In this document: one piece after another, positions 51,560 through 59,321 of the stretch | How the letters are laid out: each line of letters starts with the position of its first letter | Position numbering within the stretch: position 1 is the stretch's first letter | IMG/VR virus record: IMGVR_UViG_3300024308_000006 | Span: 1-64,000 of that record | DNA from: a virus | DNA length: 64,000 bases | Direction: 5' to 3' (one strand) | Notes under the pieces: model-generated | Told to the model about the DNA's origin: nothing | What the model saw: only the letters and a program-made list of their open reading frames with translations | Databases searched by the model: none | Translations under genes and position numbers: made by a program

Positions 51560-52173
51560 ACACAAGGCAGCGATGCCCCGGCCAAGGCCGAAACGCTCTT
51601 TAACAACCTCGAACCTTCCGCAGTCCCGACAGCCTCGGCTGAGCGACGGAAGCAAAACACGACTGCTATTGCCGGCGAACCGGCCCACGCATGGCTCTGG
51701 TCACCATGCCGACTCGACCTGTTGACCCCTGGAATCAGCAGCCCACCGAGGCGCACCCACCCGCTCCCTGCCGGATGCCTGAGACGAAGGCGCACCACCA
51801 GCACAGCGGCCAAGTGAAGCAATGCCCGGCCTGATGGCGAGTAATCAGGCACCGACAGCCAGACGAGACAGCCGCGCAAGAGGCCAGTAGCTGAGCGCGG
51901 CGAGGAAATACGACACACGCCGGGGCTTAGGCTCCGGCTGTATCGGTGGGTGATCTGAACAGCCAGCAACCTATAAGGCGCTGGAAAACAGCCAAAACGC
52001 GAGGGTTTGCGGCCTCGGGAAGACAGCAAGTCCGAATGCCCAGGCGGTGAGTAATCACGGGGATCGGCTAGTGGGGCGCAGCTCAGTGGCGCCAAGCGGG
52101 GTTTGCCTTCCGCACAGATCACCCAACCCATACAGCCACCAGCACCACAACGAACAGCCAGGAGGGAATCGCC
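51560..52173 (+). ncRNA. About 615-nt untranslated PL leader / candidate structured or regulatory RNA with two tandem ~210-225-nt divergent repeats
   Basis: No SD-preceded ORF and no 3-nt GC periodicity (hand count at 51601-51660: 60/60/55 % at the three positions). The stretch is T-poor (~13 %). Repeat units lie at 51626-51849 and 51852-52060 and share the blocks CCGACAGCC, GCTGAGCG.CGG.AG.AAA.ACGAC and AATGCCC.GG..GG.GAGTAATCA.GG. Confidence 0.4.
51594..51606 (+). promoter_or_regulatory. rrn/nut-type boxA (CGCTCTTTAACAA), about 35 nt downstream of the predicted PL start
   Basis: A 12 of 13 match to the rrn boxA consensus TGCTCTTTAACAA. It is preceded by a small hairpin, CGGC-caag-GCCG (51579-51590). 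Confidence 0.6.
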
Positions 52174-52380
52174 ATGGCCCAATTCAACATCGACGCACAC
52201 CTGAGTGACGGCAAGAGCCTGCAGTGGCTGGCCCTGCCGGACATCGGCGAACACCCGCTGGATGTTGAGGCGCAGGTGCGCCAGGCCGCCATGCAGAAGT
52301 TTGGCCAGGCGGCGTACTTCAACCACTGGACGCGCACGGTGGCCAGCAACGGCTACATCACGGTGCGCATGCACACCTAA
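52174..52380 (+). CDS. Hypothetical protein, 68 aa
   Basis: AGGAGGG SD 7 nt upstream and very high GC3. Confidence 0.75.
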   Translation: MAQFNIDAHLSDGKSLQWLALPDIGEHPLDVEAQVRQAAMQKFGQAAYFNHWTRTVASNGYITVRMHT

Positions 52381-52763
52381 CACCCCGCCCTCTCGCGGGA
52401 CGCCGGTAGCCCGGCAAACGAGAGGCGGTCGAGGCACGCTGGCCGATAGAGCGATGCGCGGAGTTCCTGTCCTACCAGGTGGCCGCGCTAGCAAGCGACC
52501 AGGCTGGCGCGCTAACGCCGCATGCCGACCTGCACGGCGCCGAATGCAGGCCGTCCACCCGCGAGGGCGGATCGGAGAGTGCAGATAGACGCCGGCAACG
52601 CGGGGCAGGGTCGCAACCCCCTGCAGTCGGCGAGACAGGCTCCAACGTGGAGTTCTGCATTCCCCGATGCGCCCCCCGCATCAGCTCCTTCTCAGCATTT
52701 ATCCCGCACACGCCGGGGCTTTTTCGCCCGCAGCACGCGGGGCATCACTCAAGAGGAAAGGGC
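52381..52763 (+). other. Second ORF-poor GC-rich spacer (383 nt) in the early-left transcript
   Basis: No SD-preceded ORF. Several GC hairpins are present, e.g. GATGCG-cccc-CGCATC at about 52666-52683. The in-frame upstream extension of the next gene has only ~70 % GC3 and no SD. Confidence 0.4.
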
Positions 52764-53120
52764 ATGGCAGACAAACTCTACCCTTGCAGTCGCTGTGACG
52801 GAGAAGGCCGGGTATGGCTTTTCGCTCACGTTTTTGCTGGCGTCTGTTTCCAGTGTGGCGGTTCCGGCAAGCAAAAAACCAAACCGCGCCCCAAGGCTGT
52901 CAAGTGGGCCGTCTTCGGTCACTGCCGCAACACCGGGAAGGTCGGACGCCTTTATAACGTCAGCGCGCCGACTCAGGCCGCCGCGATCAACAAGGCCCGC
53001 GAGATTTACGAGCGCTCCAGCACCGCCTGGCGAGACGAGTGGAGTATGGCAAACGCCTTCGCTCAGACCTGGGCCGAGCTTCAGGAAGCCGGGACGCTGG
53101 AAACCGCCGGAATCGAGTAG
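52764..53120 (+). CDS. DnaJ-type zinc-finger (CxxCxGxG x2) protein, 118 aa
   Basis: The ATG at 52764 has an AGAGGAAAGG SD. Motifs CSRCDGEG and CFQCGGSG. Confidence 0.75.
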   Translation: MADKLYPCSRCDGEGRVWLFAHVFAGVCFQCGGSGKQKTKPRPKAVKWAVFGHCRNTGKVGRLYNVSAPTQAAAINKAREIYERSSTAWRDEWSMANAFAQTWAELQEAGTLETAGIE

Positions 53121-53243
53121 CCACCCGCCCCGGCTAGCTGGGGCACTCCCCAACCATCCCCATACGAAGCACTCCGGCGCCGACTTTGCGGAAAGTCTGC
53201 GGCTGTCGGGGTTCTCCCTATGGCGATACAGAGGATCACGACT

Positions 53244-53603
53244 ATGAGTCTTGCACTACGCAATACCCGAGCCTTCGCCGCTGGCCAAGCCGCTTGGGAT
53301 AACGCCCTGCCGCCGGAAGATGACGGGCGCGAGGACTATATCGAGCAGCAGGCGGGCTATCTGCTCAACGGCTGGGATGCCGATCAAGTCAGCTTCCTGC
53401 CCTACCGGGGCATGACCGACTTCGCCAGCCGCGCCGACGAGCTGATTGCCGACAAGGACAACGGGCATCTGGTGGCGCAGATCGTCGTCGCCCTGCTGGC
53501 CCGCGATACCGACAAGGCCATTGAGCTGGCCACCCACTTCGACGACGACCTCACCAAGCTGGCCAAGGAAATCGTGACGACCCAACTGGAGAACAGAGCA
53601 TGA
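53244..53603 (+). CDS. Hypothetical protein, 119 aa
   Basis: The ATG at 53244 has GAGGA 8 nt upstream. The track start at 53220 lacks an SD. Confidence 0.65.
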   Translation: MSLALRNTRAFAAGQAAWDNALPPEDDGREDYIEQQAGYLLNGWDADQVSFLPYRGMTDFASRADELIADKDNGHLVAQIVVALLARDTDKAIELATHFDDDLTKLAKEIVTTQLENRA

Positions 53604-53899
53604 GCACTGTAACCGCCAAGCAAGAGCTGTACCTGCACGTTAAAGCCGATGGCAGCCGCGTGCTGCGTGATTGCGACATGAGCGCCCATGCGGATCACTT
53701 CGGCGTCAGCATCGGCAAGGTGGCCTGCACGATCACCTATGAGGACATCCACGACGTTGACCCTCGCGCCGCGCTGATTGGCAAGCTGGAAGAGCAGATC
53801 ACCGAGACGCGCGCCAAGTGCGAGCGCGAGGTGAATCACCTGCTCGACCAGATCAGCAAGCTGCAGTGCCTGGAGTACCACCCTCATGCCGAGGGGTAG
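53600..53899 (+). CDS. Hypothetical protein, 99 aa
   Basis: ATGA overlap with the upstream gene. Confidence 0.65.
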   Translation: MSTVTAKQELYLHVKADGSRVLRDCDMSAHADHFGVSIGKVACTITYEDIHDVDPRAALIGKLEEQITETRAKCEREVNHLLDQISKLQCLEYHPHAEG

Positions 53900-54065
53900 C
53901 GGCTCCGAGAAGCGGTCGCACGCACTCGCCAAACGCTGCGTGCGACTGCGCAGCGACGGCCTTTCGCTGCAAGCCATCGCCGATCTGGTCGGCATTCACA
54001 AGGATCATGTGCCCGCCCGCATCAAGCTCGGCGAGCGCCTGCTGTCACTGGAGACAGACGCATGA
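53886..54065 (+). CDS. Small HTH protein, 59 aa (not in the ORF track)
   Basis: Hand translation: MPRGSGSEKRSHALAKRCVRLRSDGLSLQAIADLVGIHKDHVPARIKLGERLLSLETDA, with a resolvase-type HTH. Confidence 0.55.
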   Translation: MPRGSGSEKRSHALAKRCVRLRSDGLSLQAIADLVGIHKDHVPARIKLGERLLSLETDA

Positions 54066-54241
54066 GCAATTCCAAGCCCCAAGAGTTCGCCGGCAAGACC
54101 ATTGCCGAAGCCCGCGCCCTGGCCGCCCGTTACGGCTACACCGCCGGCGGCTACCTGACCATATGCGGCTCGCTGTGCGTGATCCGATTCATGGACGCGC
54201 CGGCCTCCCCGCTCGGCCTGCCGCTGGAAAACGGCTGGTAG
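54062..54241 (+). CDS. Small protein, 59 aa (not in the ORF track)
   Basis: Hand translation: MSNSKPQEFAGKTIAEARALAARYGYTAGGYLTICGSLCVIRFMDAPASPLGLPLENGW. ATGA overlap with the upstream gene. Confidence 0.5.
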   Translation: MSNSKPQEFAGKTIAEARALAARYGYTAGGYLTICGSLCVIRFMDAPASPLGLPLENGW

Positions 54242-54360
54242 GCACCGAAAACCGCTGAATCAACGCCAGCGGCCCCGGCATGGAAACGGGGCGGATCGCC
54301 CACGTCACGGGCCACCCCATCACCCCAACCATGCTGCGCCAGGCGCGGCAGGAGAGAGTC

Positions 54361-55419
54361 ATGTCTAACACAGCCGCAGTAACCACCATCGAGGAAATCA
54401 GCGCCGAGCGCGCCCCGGCGATCTACGGCCACAACACCCTGGACGCCTTTGTCAGCGCCGCCCGTGAGGCGGTCAGCGGCGAAGTGCCCGACACCACTAG
54501 CCGCAAAGGCCGCGAGCGCATCGCCTCGCTGGCCGCCCAGGTCAGCCGCTCCAAGACGGCGGTAGAGAAGCCGGGCCGCGAGTACCTGAAACGCATCAAG
54601 GAGCTGCCCAAGGCTATCGAGGCCGAGCTGCGCGAGTTCGTGCAGCAGATGGACGCCCTGCGCGATGAGGTGCGCGCGCCGCTGGATGCCTGGGAGGCCG
54701 AGCAGGCCCGCATCCAGCGCGAGCTGGAAGAGCGCGAAGCCAGCATCGAGGCCGCCATAAAGCGCCTGCACCTGGCCTGCGTGACCAAGCCCGAGGACAA
54801 CAGCGAAACGCTGACCCGTTACCTGCAGGCGCTGGAAGGCGAATATCGCGCCGCCGACTACGGCAACCGCGCCGATGAGGCCCAGGTGGTCTATCAGGCC
54901 AGCCGCGAATCGCTGCAGACCGCCCTGGCCCGCCAGCAGCAGTACGAGGCCGAGCAGGCTGAACTGGCCGAGCTGCGCCGCAAGCAGGCCGAAACCGAGC
55001 AGCGCGAGCGTGAGCGTGAGATTGCCGAGCAGGCCGCCCAGCAGGCCCGCCAGGAGGCCGAGCAGCGCGCCGAGGACGAGCGCATTGCAGCGGCCAACAA
55101 GGTGCGCGAGGCCGAAGAAGCCGCCAGGCGCGCAGAAGACGAGCGCCTGCGCCAGCAGGAAGAAAACGCCCGCCAACTCCGCGAAGCGGAAGAGCGCGCC
55201 GAGCGTGCGGCCGAGATAGCCCGCCAGGAGCAAGCAGCCGAGCGGCAGCGTATCGCCGACGAGGAGGCGCGCCGCAAAGCCAACAACGAGCACCGCCTGC
55301 GCATCCTGACCGCCGCCAAGGTGGCGATCATGGACACCGGCATCACCGAGGATCAGGCCCGCGCCGTGGTGCGCCTGATCGCCCAGGGCAAGGTGCCGAA
55401 CGTCACCGTCTCTTACTGA
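54361..55419 (+). CDS. Coiled-coil protein adjacent to RecT (DUF1351-like?), 352 aa
   Basis: The ATG at 54361 has a GGAGAGAG SD. There is a long Glu/Arg/Ala/Gln-rich coiled coil. Confidence 0.75.
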   Translation: MSNTAAVTTIEEISAERAPAIYGHNTLDAFVSAAREAVSGEVPDTTSRKGRERIASLAAQVSRSKTAVEKPGREYLKRIKELPKAIEAELREFVQQMDALRDEVRAPLDAWEAEQARIQRELEEREASIEAAIKRLHLACVTKPEDNSETLTRYLQALEGEYRAADYGNRADEAQVVYQASRESLQTALARQQQYEAEQAELAELRRKQAETEQREREREIAEQAAQQARQEAEQRAEDERIAAANKVREAEEAARRAEDERLRQQEENARQLREAEERAERAAEIARQEQAAERQRIADEEARRKANNEHRLRILTAAKVAIMDTGITEDQARAVVRLIAQGKVPNVTVSY

Positions 55420-55429
55420 GGGCCACGCC

Positions 55430-56350
55430 ATGAGCCAAGCAAATCTCGCCATCGTCGAAAAGGACGTTTACGGCTGCCGCGATGCCTTCGCGCAAGTCCT
55501 GGCCGACCCGGCGATCAACTTCGAGCGCGAGGCCGTGTTTGCCATGCAGGTTCTGTCGCGCAACGACTACACCCTCAAGGTCGCGGCCAACAACCGGCAG
55601 TCTGTGGCCGACGCCATTACCAACGTCGCCTCTATCGGCATCAGCCTGAACCCTGCGCGCAAGCAGGCGTATCTGGTGCCGCGCGACGGGAAAATCTGCC
55701 TCGACATTAGCTACATGGGGCTGATGGACTTGGCGATGGCCACCGGCTCGATCCTGTGGGCCAAGGCTGATCTGGTGTATGAGGCCGACCAGTTCGAGCT
55801 CAACGGCTTTGACCGCCCGCCGACGCACGGCTTCAAGCCGTTCGCCAAGGATCGCGGCGCCATCGTCGGCGTGTATGTGGTGGTCAAGACCGCCGACGGC
55901 GATTACCTCACCGAGGCGATGAGTCTCGACGACGTGTACGCCATCCGCGACCGTTCAAGCGCCTGGAAGGCTTGGATCAAGGACAATAAGTCCTGCCCTT
56001 GGGTGACTGACGAGGGCGAGATGATCAAGAAAACCTGCGTGAAGCGCGCCTACAAATACTGGCCGAAAACGGATCGGCTGGAGCGCGCGATTCACTACCT
56101 CAACACCGATGGCGGCCAGGGTATCGACCTGCACAACCAGCAGAGCGCACCGAACCCCGCTGTCGGCGACATTTGGGTCGCCAAGGCCCAGGCCGCCGTC
56201 ACGGCGGAAGAGCTCACCGCTGTCTGGACGCAAGGGGTTGCCGCCCTGCGCGCCGCCAAGGACATGCCCGGTTATGAACGCCTCAAGGCTGCCGTGGCGG
56301 CACAGGGCGAAATTCTCAAGCGTGAACCACTCGAAGGAGAGTGCCAATGA
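55430..56350 (+). CDS. recT: RecT-family single-strand annealing recombinase, 306 aa
   Basis: ...VASIGISLNPARKQAYLVPRDGKICLDISYMGLMDLA... is the typical RecT core. It is followed by a YqaJ exonuclease. Confidence 0.88.
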   Translation: MSQANLAIVEKDVYGCRDAFAQVLADPAINFEREAVFAMQVLSRNDYTLKVAANNRQSVADAITNVASIGISLNPARKQAYLVPRDGKICLDISYMGLMDLAMATGSILWAKADLVYEADQFELNGFDRPPTHGFKPFAKDRGAIVGVYVVVKTADGDYLTEAMSLDDVYAIRDRSSAWKAWIKDNKSCPWVTDEGEMIKKTCVKRAYKYWPKTDRLERAIHYLNTDGGQGIDLHNQQSAPNPAVGDIWVAKAQAAVTAEELTAVWTQGVAALRAAKDMPGYERLKAAVAAQGEILKREPLEGECQ

Positions 56351-57117
56351 AACTGATCGAATGCGAACAGGGCAGCGCTGAATGGCACGCTGCCCGCGCC
56401 GGCTGCATCACTGCCTCGATGTTCGAGACGGCGCGCAGCCAGGTTGGCGGCCTGACCAGCCAGCAGAAAATCTACGTCGATGCGATCCGCCTCGGCGGGC
56501 ACAGCGAGAAGAAGGCGATGGAGCTCGCCGGCTACAAGGCTGCGCCCAAGTCCGAAACCGTCGCCCGCGCCCTGGACGGCGAGAAGGTCGGCGAGCCCAG
56601 CGAGGCGGCCAAGAATTACGCCTTCAACCTGGCAGTTGAGCGCATCAGCGGCCAGCCGCTCGATGGTGGGTTTGAAACCTGGCAGATGAAGCGCGGGCAT
56701 GAGCTGGAGCCCGAAGCCCGGATGGAGCACGAAATTCAGACCGGCCTGGTGGTCATGCGCGCCGGCTTCGTCACCACCGACGACGGCTGTTTCGGTGCCA
56801 GCGCCGACGGCTTGATCGGCGAGGATGGCGGCAGCGAATACAAGTGCTTCCTGGCCCCGGAAAAGCTACGCGCCTTCCACATCGACAACGACGCCTCCGG
56901 CATCTTCGATCAGGTGCAGGGCTGCATGTGGATCACCGGCCGCAAGTTTTGGCACATCGGGCTGTACTGTCCCGCCCTGGCGGCAGTCGGCCGCCAGCTC
57001 TGGTGGCAGGAGTTCAAGCGCGACGAGGCGTTCATCGAGCAGCTGGAGCAAGACCTGTGGGGCTTCAAGCTGCTGGTCGACGAGTACGAAACCGCACTCA
57101 GGAAGAAGGCCGCATGA
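56347..57117 (+). CDS. YqaJ-type (lambda Exo-like fold) recombination exonuclease, 256 aa
   Basis: MKLIECEQGSAEWHAARAGCITASMF is the YqaJ N-terminal signature. The ATG is at 56347. Confidence 0.85.
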   Translation: MKLIECEQGSAEWHAARAGCITASMFETARSQVGGLTSQQKIYVDAIRLGGHSEKKAMELAGYKAAPKSETVARALDGEKVGEPSEAAKNYAFNLAVERISGQPLDGGFETWQMKRGHELEPEARMEHEIQTGLVVMRAGFVTTDDGCFGASADGLIGEDGGSEYKCFLAPEKLRAFHIDNDASGIFDQVQGCMWITGRKFWHIGLYCPALAAVGRQLWWQEFKRDEAFIEQLEQDLWGFKLLVDEYETALRKKAA

Positions 57118-57443
57118 GAACCCACATCGTCGCCACCTACCGCCACCGCGTTGCGCGTGTGGCAGTGACCGAGATTACCCACTTCGTCAGCGGCGACAAG
57201 TACGTCACCGCCCACTATCCGGGCGGCGAGCTGGTCATCGAGGACAAGATGAAGGATCTCGAACTGGAGTTCCCCGACTTCATCCGCACGCACCGCTTCG
57301 CCCTGGCCCGCCGCTCGCTGATCCGCGAGTACACCAGCCTCGACCGTAAGACCGGCGAGGTTCGCCTGCACGGGGTTAGCGCCCCGCTGCCGGTGAGCCT
57401 GTCGCGCATCAGTGCCGTGAAGGCGCTGTTTGCCGAGGCGTAG
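57114..57443 (+). CDS. LytTR DNA-binding-domain-only protein, 109 aa
   Basis: VAVTEITHFVSGDKYVTAHYPGGELVIEDKMKDLELEFPDFIRTHRFALARRSLI...LPVSLSRISAVKALF follows the LytTR pattern (...yi.a.dkyv.......sl..lE..l..F.R.HRS...). Confidence 0.75.
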   Translation: MRTHIVATYRHRVARVAVTEITHFVSGDKYVTAHYPGGELVIEDKMKDLELEFPDFIRTHRFALARRSLIREYTSLDRKTGEVRLHGVSAPLPVSLSRISAVKALFAEA

Positions 57444-57504
57444 ACGGCCTACCCCAACTCACCCAGGGCGCTTCAAGCGCCCTTTTCTTTGCCCGGACTT
57501 TCCC

Positions 57505-57708
57505 ATGCACGACAACAAGTACGACCGCATCAACACCCTGGCCAGCAAAGAGGCCGACCGCAACAGCGTGGCGGATCGCGTCGCCGCCTTCCTCGCCGCC
57601 GGCGGCAAGGTTCAGCCAGTCGACCACACCGCCAACCAATGCAACCGGCCCGGCTACGGCCGCAAGCTCTCGGCGCTCACCATCAGCCGCAAGAGGCTGA
57701 CCGCATGA
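57505..57708 (+). CDS. Small protein, 67 aa (possible SutA-like FLxxGGKVQ core)
   Basis: I used the ATG at 57505. ADRVAAFLAAGGKVQPVDHT...GYGRK. The family assignment is from memory only. Confidence 0.55.
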   Translation: MHDNKYDRINTLASKEADRNSVADRVAAFLAAGGKVQPVDHTANQCNRPGYGRKLSALTISRKRLTA

Positions 57709-57911
57709 GCGCCGGATTTCAGACCACCGAGGAACTGCAGACTCAGCTGCGCGCCGATCAGGACAGCCTGAACCGGCTGCAGAAAGCCGAGCCGGGCTGG
57801 CGCATCGCCGACCGCCCGCGCGGGCTGAGCAACATCCACCGTCTGCGCAACCGTATCGCCGTAACAGAAGCCGAATTGAACATGGCCACTGGCCGTAGGG
57901 GGAAAGCATGA
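57705..57911 (+). CDS. Hypothetical protein, 68 aa
   Basis: The ATG at 57705 has an AAGAGG SD and an ATGA overlap. Confidence 0.6.
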   Translation: MSAGFQTTEELQTQLRADQDSLNRLQKAEPGWRIADRPRGLSNIHRLRNRIAVTEAELNMATGRRGKA

Positions 57912-59038
57912 AGCTGATTAAGAACGCTCTGATCTACCGCGCCAGCCTGCCGGATGCCGCCGCCCTGGCGGAACACCTGGCAGAGAAACCCTTTGTTCCG
58001 GTGCCGGAGTCGCACGCTTCGTCGTCCGGCTTTATCCCGCACCCCACCACTGAGAAGCTGGTGAGCCCCTTCCCTGGCGGCTTCGCCTTCCGCCTGCGCC
58101 GCGACTTCAAGCCTGTCTCGAAGAGCGCTGTTCGCCTGGCCCTGGCCGAAACCGTGGCCGCCCAGCAGGCCGACATGGGCCGCGAGCTGACCAAGGAAGA
58201 AGTCGAGACGCTGCACGCCGAGATTTTCGAGGAAGCGCTGAAAACCACTCTCCCAGAGCGCGCCGAGGTCGATGCCTTCTACCACATCGAAAGCCGCACG
58301 CTCATTCTCGCCACCACCAACAAGGACATGGCCAACGCCATGCTCTACCAGTTGATCGAAGCCTGCGGCGCGGTGGAAACCAGCACCATCCACGTCAGCG
58401 ACGTGAAAGGTGGGCTGACGACACGCCTGACCCAATACTTCGTCAACGATGACCGCGAGGCTTTCACCGGGTTTAGCCTGGGCGATTCCGTGGTGATGAA
58501 GGGCAAGCACGGCCGCGCCAGCTTCGACCTGGACAACCTGGACAATGCCCGTCGCGGCGTCGTCGAAGCCCTGGACGGCGAAATGCAGGCCGAGCGCCTG
58601 GAGCTGTGTCACGCAGACGCCGTGACCTTCAAGCTGACCAAGGAGTTCCAGCTTCGTGGCATCGACTTCCACGCCCGCGAGGATGAGGAAGAGCCCGACT
58701 TCGATACCGTCGCCGAGCTGTGGGAGCACACGGCCGGCGTGCATGTCCTGCTCCTGGCCGCCGTTGTGCAGGCGCTGTGCGATCTGTTCGGCTATCAGGA
58801 AAAGCCGTTGCCGGCGACCGACACCGCGCAAGCTGCAGAACCTGCCGCCGAAGAAGAGGCCGATCCGCTGTATCAGGAGGGCGTCGCCTTCGTGCGCGAG
58901 TCGAAGCGCGCCAGTGTCAGCGCCGTCCAGCGCAAGCTCAAGATCGGCTACAACCGCGCCGCTCGCATGATCGAGGAAATGGAGCGCCTGGGCATCGTCA
59001 CGCCGATGGCCTCGGACGGTAGCCGCTCCGTGATCTAG
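57908..59038 (+). CDS. rdgC: RdgC-like recombination-associated protein fused to a C-terminal FtsK-gamma winged-helix domain, 376 aa
   Basis: The first ~300 aa are colinear with E. coli RdgC (IKNALIYR..., LTKEEVETLHAEIFEEAL..., FKLTKEFQLRGIDF). The C-terminus DPLYQEGVAFVRESKRASVSAVQRKLKIGYNRAARMIEEMERLGIV is the FtsK gamma signature. Confidence 0.8.
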   Translation: MKLIKNALIYRASLPDAAALAEHLAEKPFVPVPESHASSSGFIPHPTTEKLVSPFPGGFAFRLRRDFKPVSKSAVRLALAETVAAQQADMGRELTKEEVETLHAEIFEEALKTTLPERAEVDAFYHIESRTLILATTNKDMANAMLYQLIEACGAVETSTIHVSDVKGGLTTRLTQYFVNDDREAFTGFSLGDSVVMKGKHGRASFDLDNLDNARRGVVEALDGEMQAERLELCHADAVTFKLTKEFQLRGIDFHAREDEEEPDFDTVAELWEHTAGVHVLLLAAVVQALCDLFGYQEKPLPATDTAQAAEPAAEEEADPLYQEGVAFVRESKRASVSAVQRKLKIGYNRAARMIEEMERLGIVTPMASDGSRSVI

Positions 59039-59132
59039 CCACCCTGCCCGGCTTGCAGCCTGCAGCCTGGCTTCCATGCCCACCATCCCCGCCGTAGGCG
59101 CGGCAGGGATTTGCTCGCGCTGGAGAAAACAC

Positions 59133-59321
59133 ATGCAAGAGGTTATCTACGCCGGCCTGCGCAATCCTGGCCGCGATCAAGCGATCTACCAGGCGCTGGC
59201 CCTCAAGTCTGCGGCCGAGGTGGCAGAGCAGTTCGAGTGCTCGCTGAGCACCGTCCGCGCCGCCGGCAAGCGCATTGCGGCGCTCGACATATTCACTCTG
59301 ACGCTGGAGGGGGGGGGGTAA
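59133..59321 (+). CDS. Small HTH protein, 62 aa as written; the frame is interrupted at a G10 tract
   Basis: The ATG at 59133 has a GGAG SD, and there is an HTH (SAAEVAEQFECSLSTVRAAGKRI). The ORF ends ...LEGGG-TAA inside or just after the poly-G run. Confidence 0.6.
   Translation: MQEVIYAGLRNPGRDQAIYQALALKSAAEVAEQFECSLSTVRAAGKRIAALDIFTLTLEGGG
59309..59318 (+). repeat. Homopolymeric G10 tract at a coding-frame break
   Basis: Ten consecutive G residues. The upstream ORF stops at 59319-59321, and a start-less, GC3-rich frame continues from 59320. Confidence 0.95.

Noticed and set aside
51573-51725. 50-codon Arg-rich ORF (MPRPRPKRSLTT...) at the start of the PL transcript, considered as an N-like antiterminator.
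   Set aside because: It is half the size of known N proteins, has only ~64 % GC3 and only a weak AAGG SD. Translating it would cover the boxA element it would need to act on. I keep it as a possibility only inside the leader finding.
51454-52494. 346-aa minus-strand ORF spanning the cI terminator, the PL promoter, the leader and the 68-aa gene.
   Set aside because: It runs through a terminator hairpin and a promoter/operator cluster and is antisense to a well-supported gene. It shows no codon-position GC periodicity. The absence of stops is explained by T depletion of the + strand, and the composition (R/S/P/G/C/W) is not protein-like.
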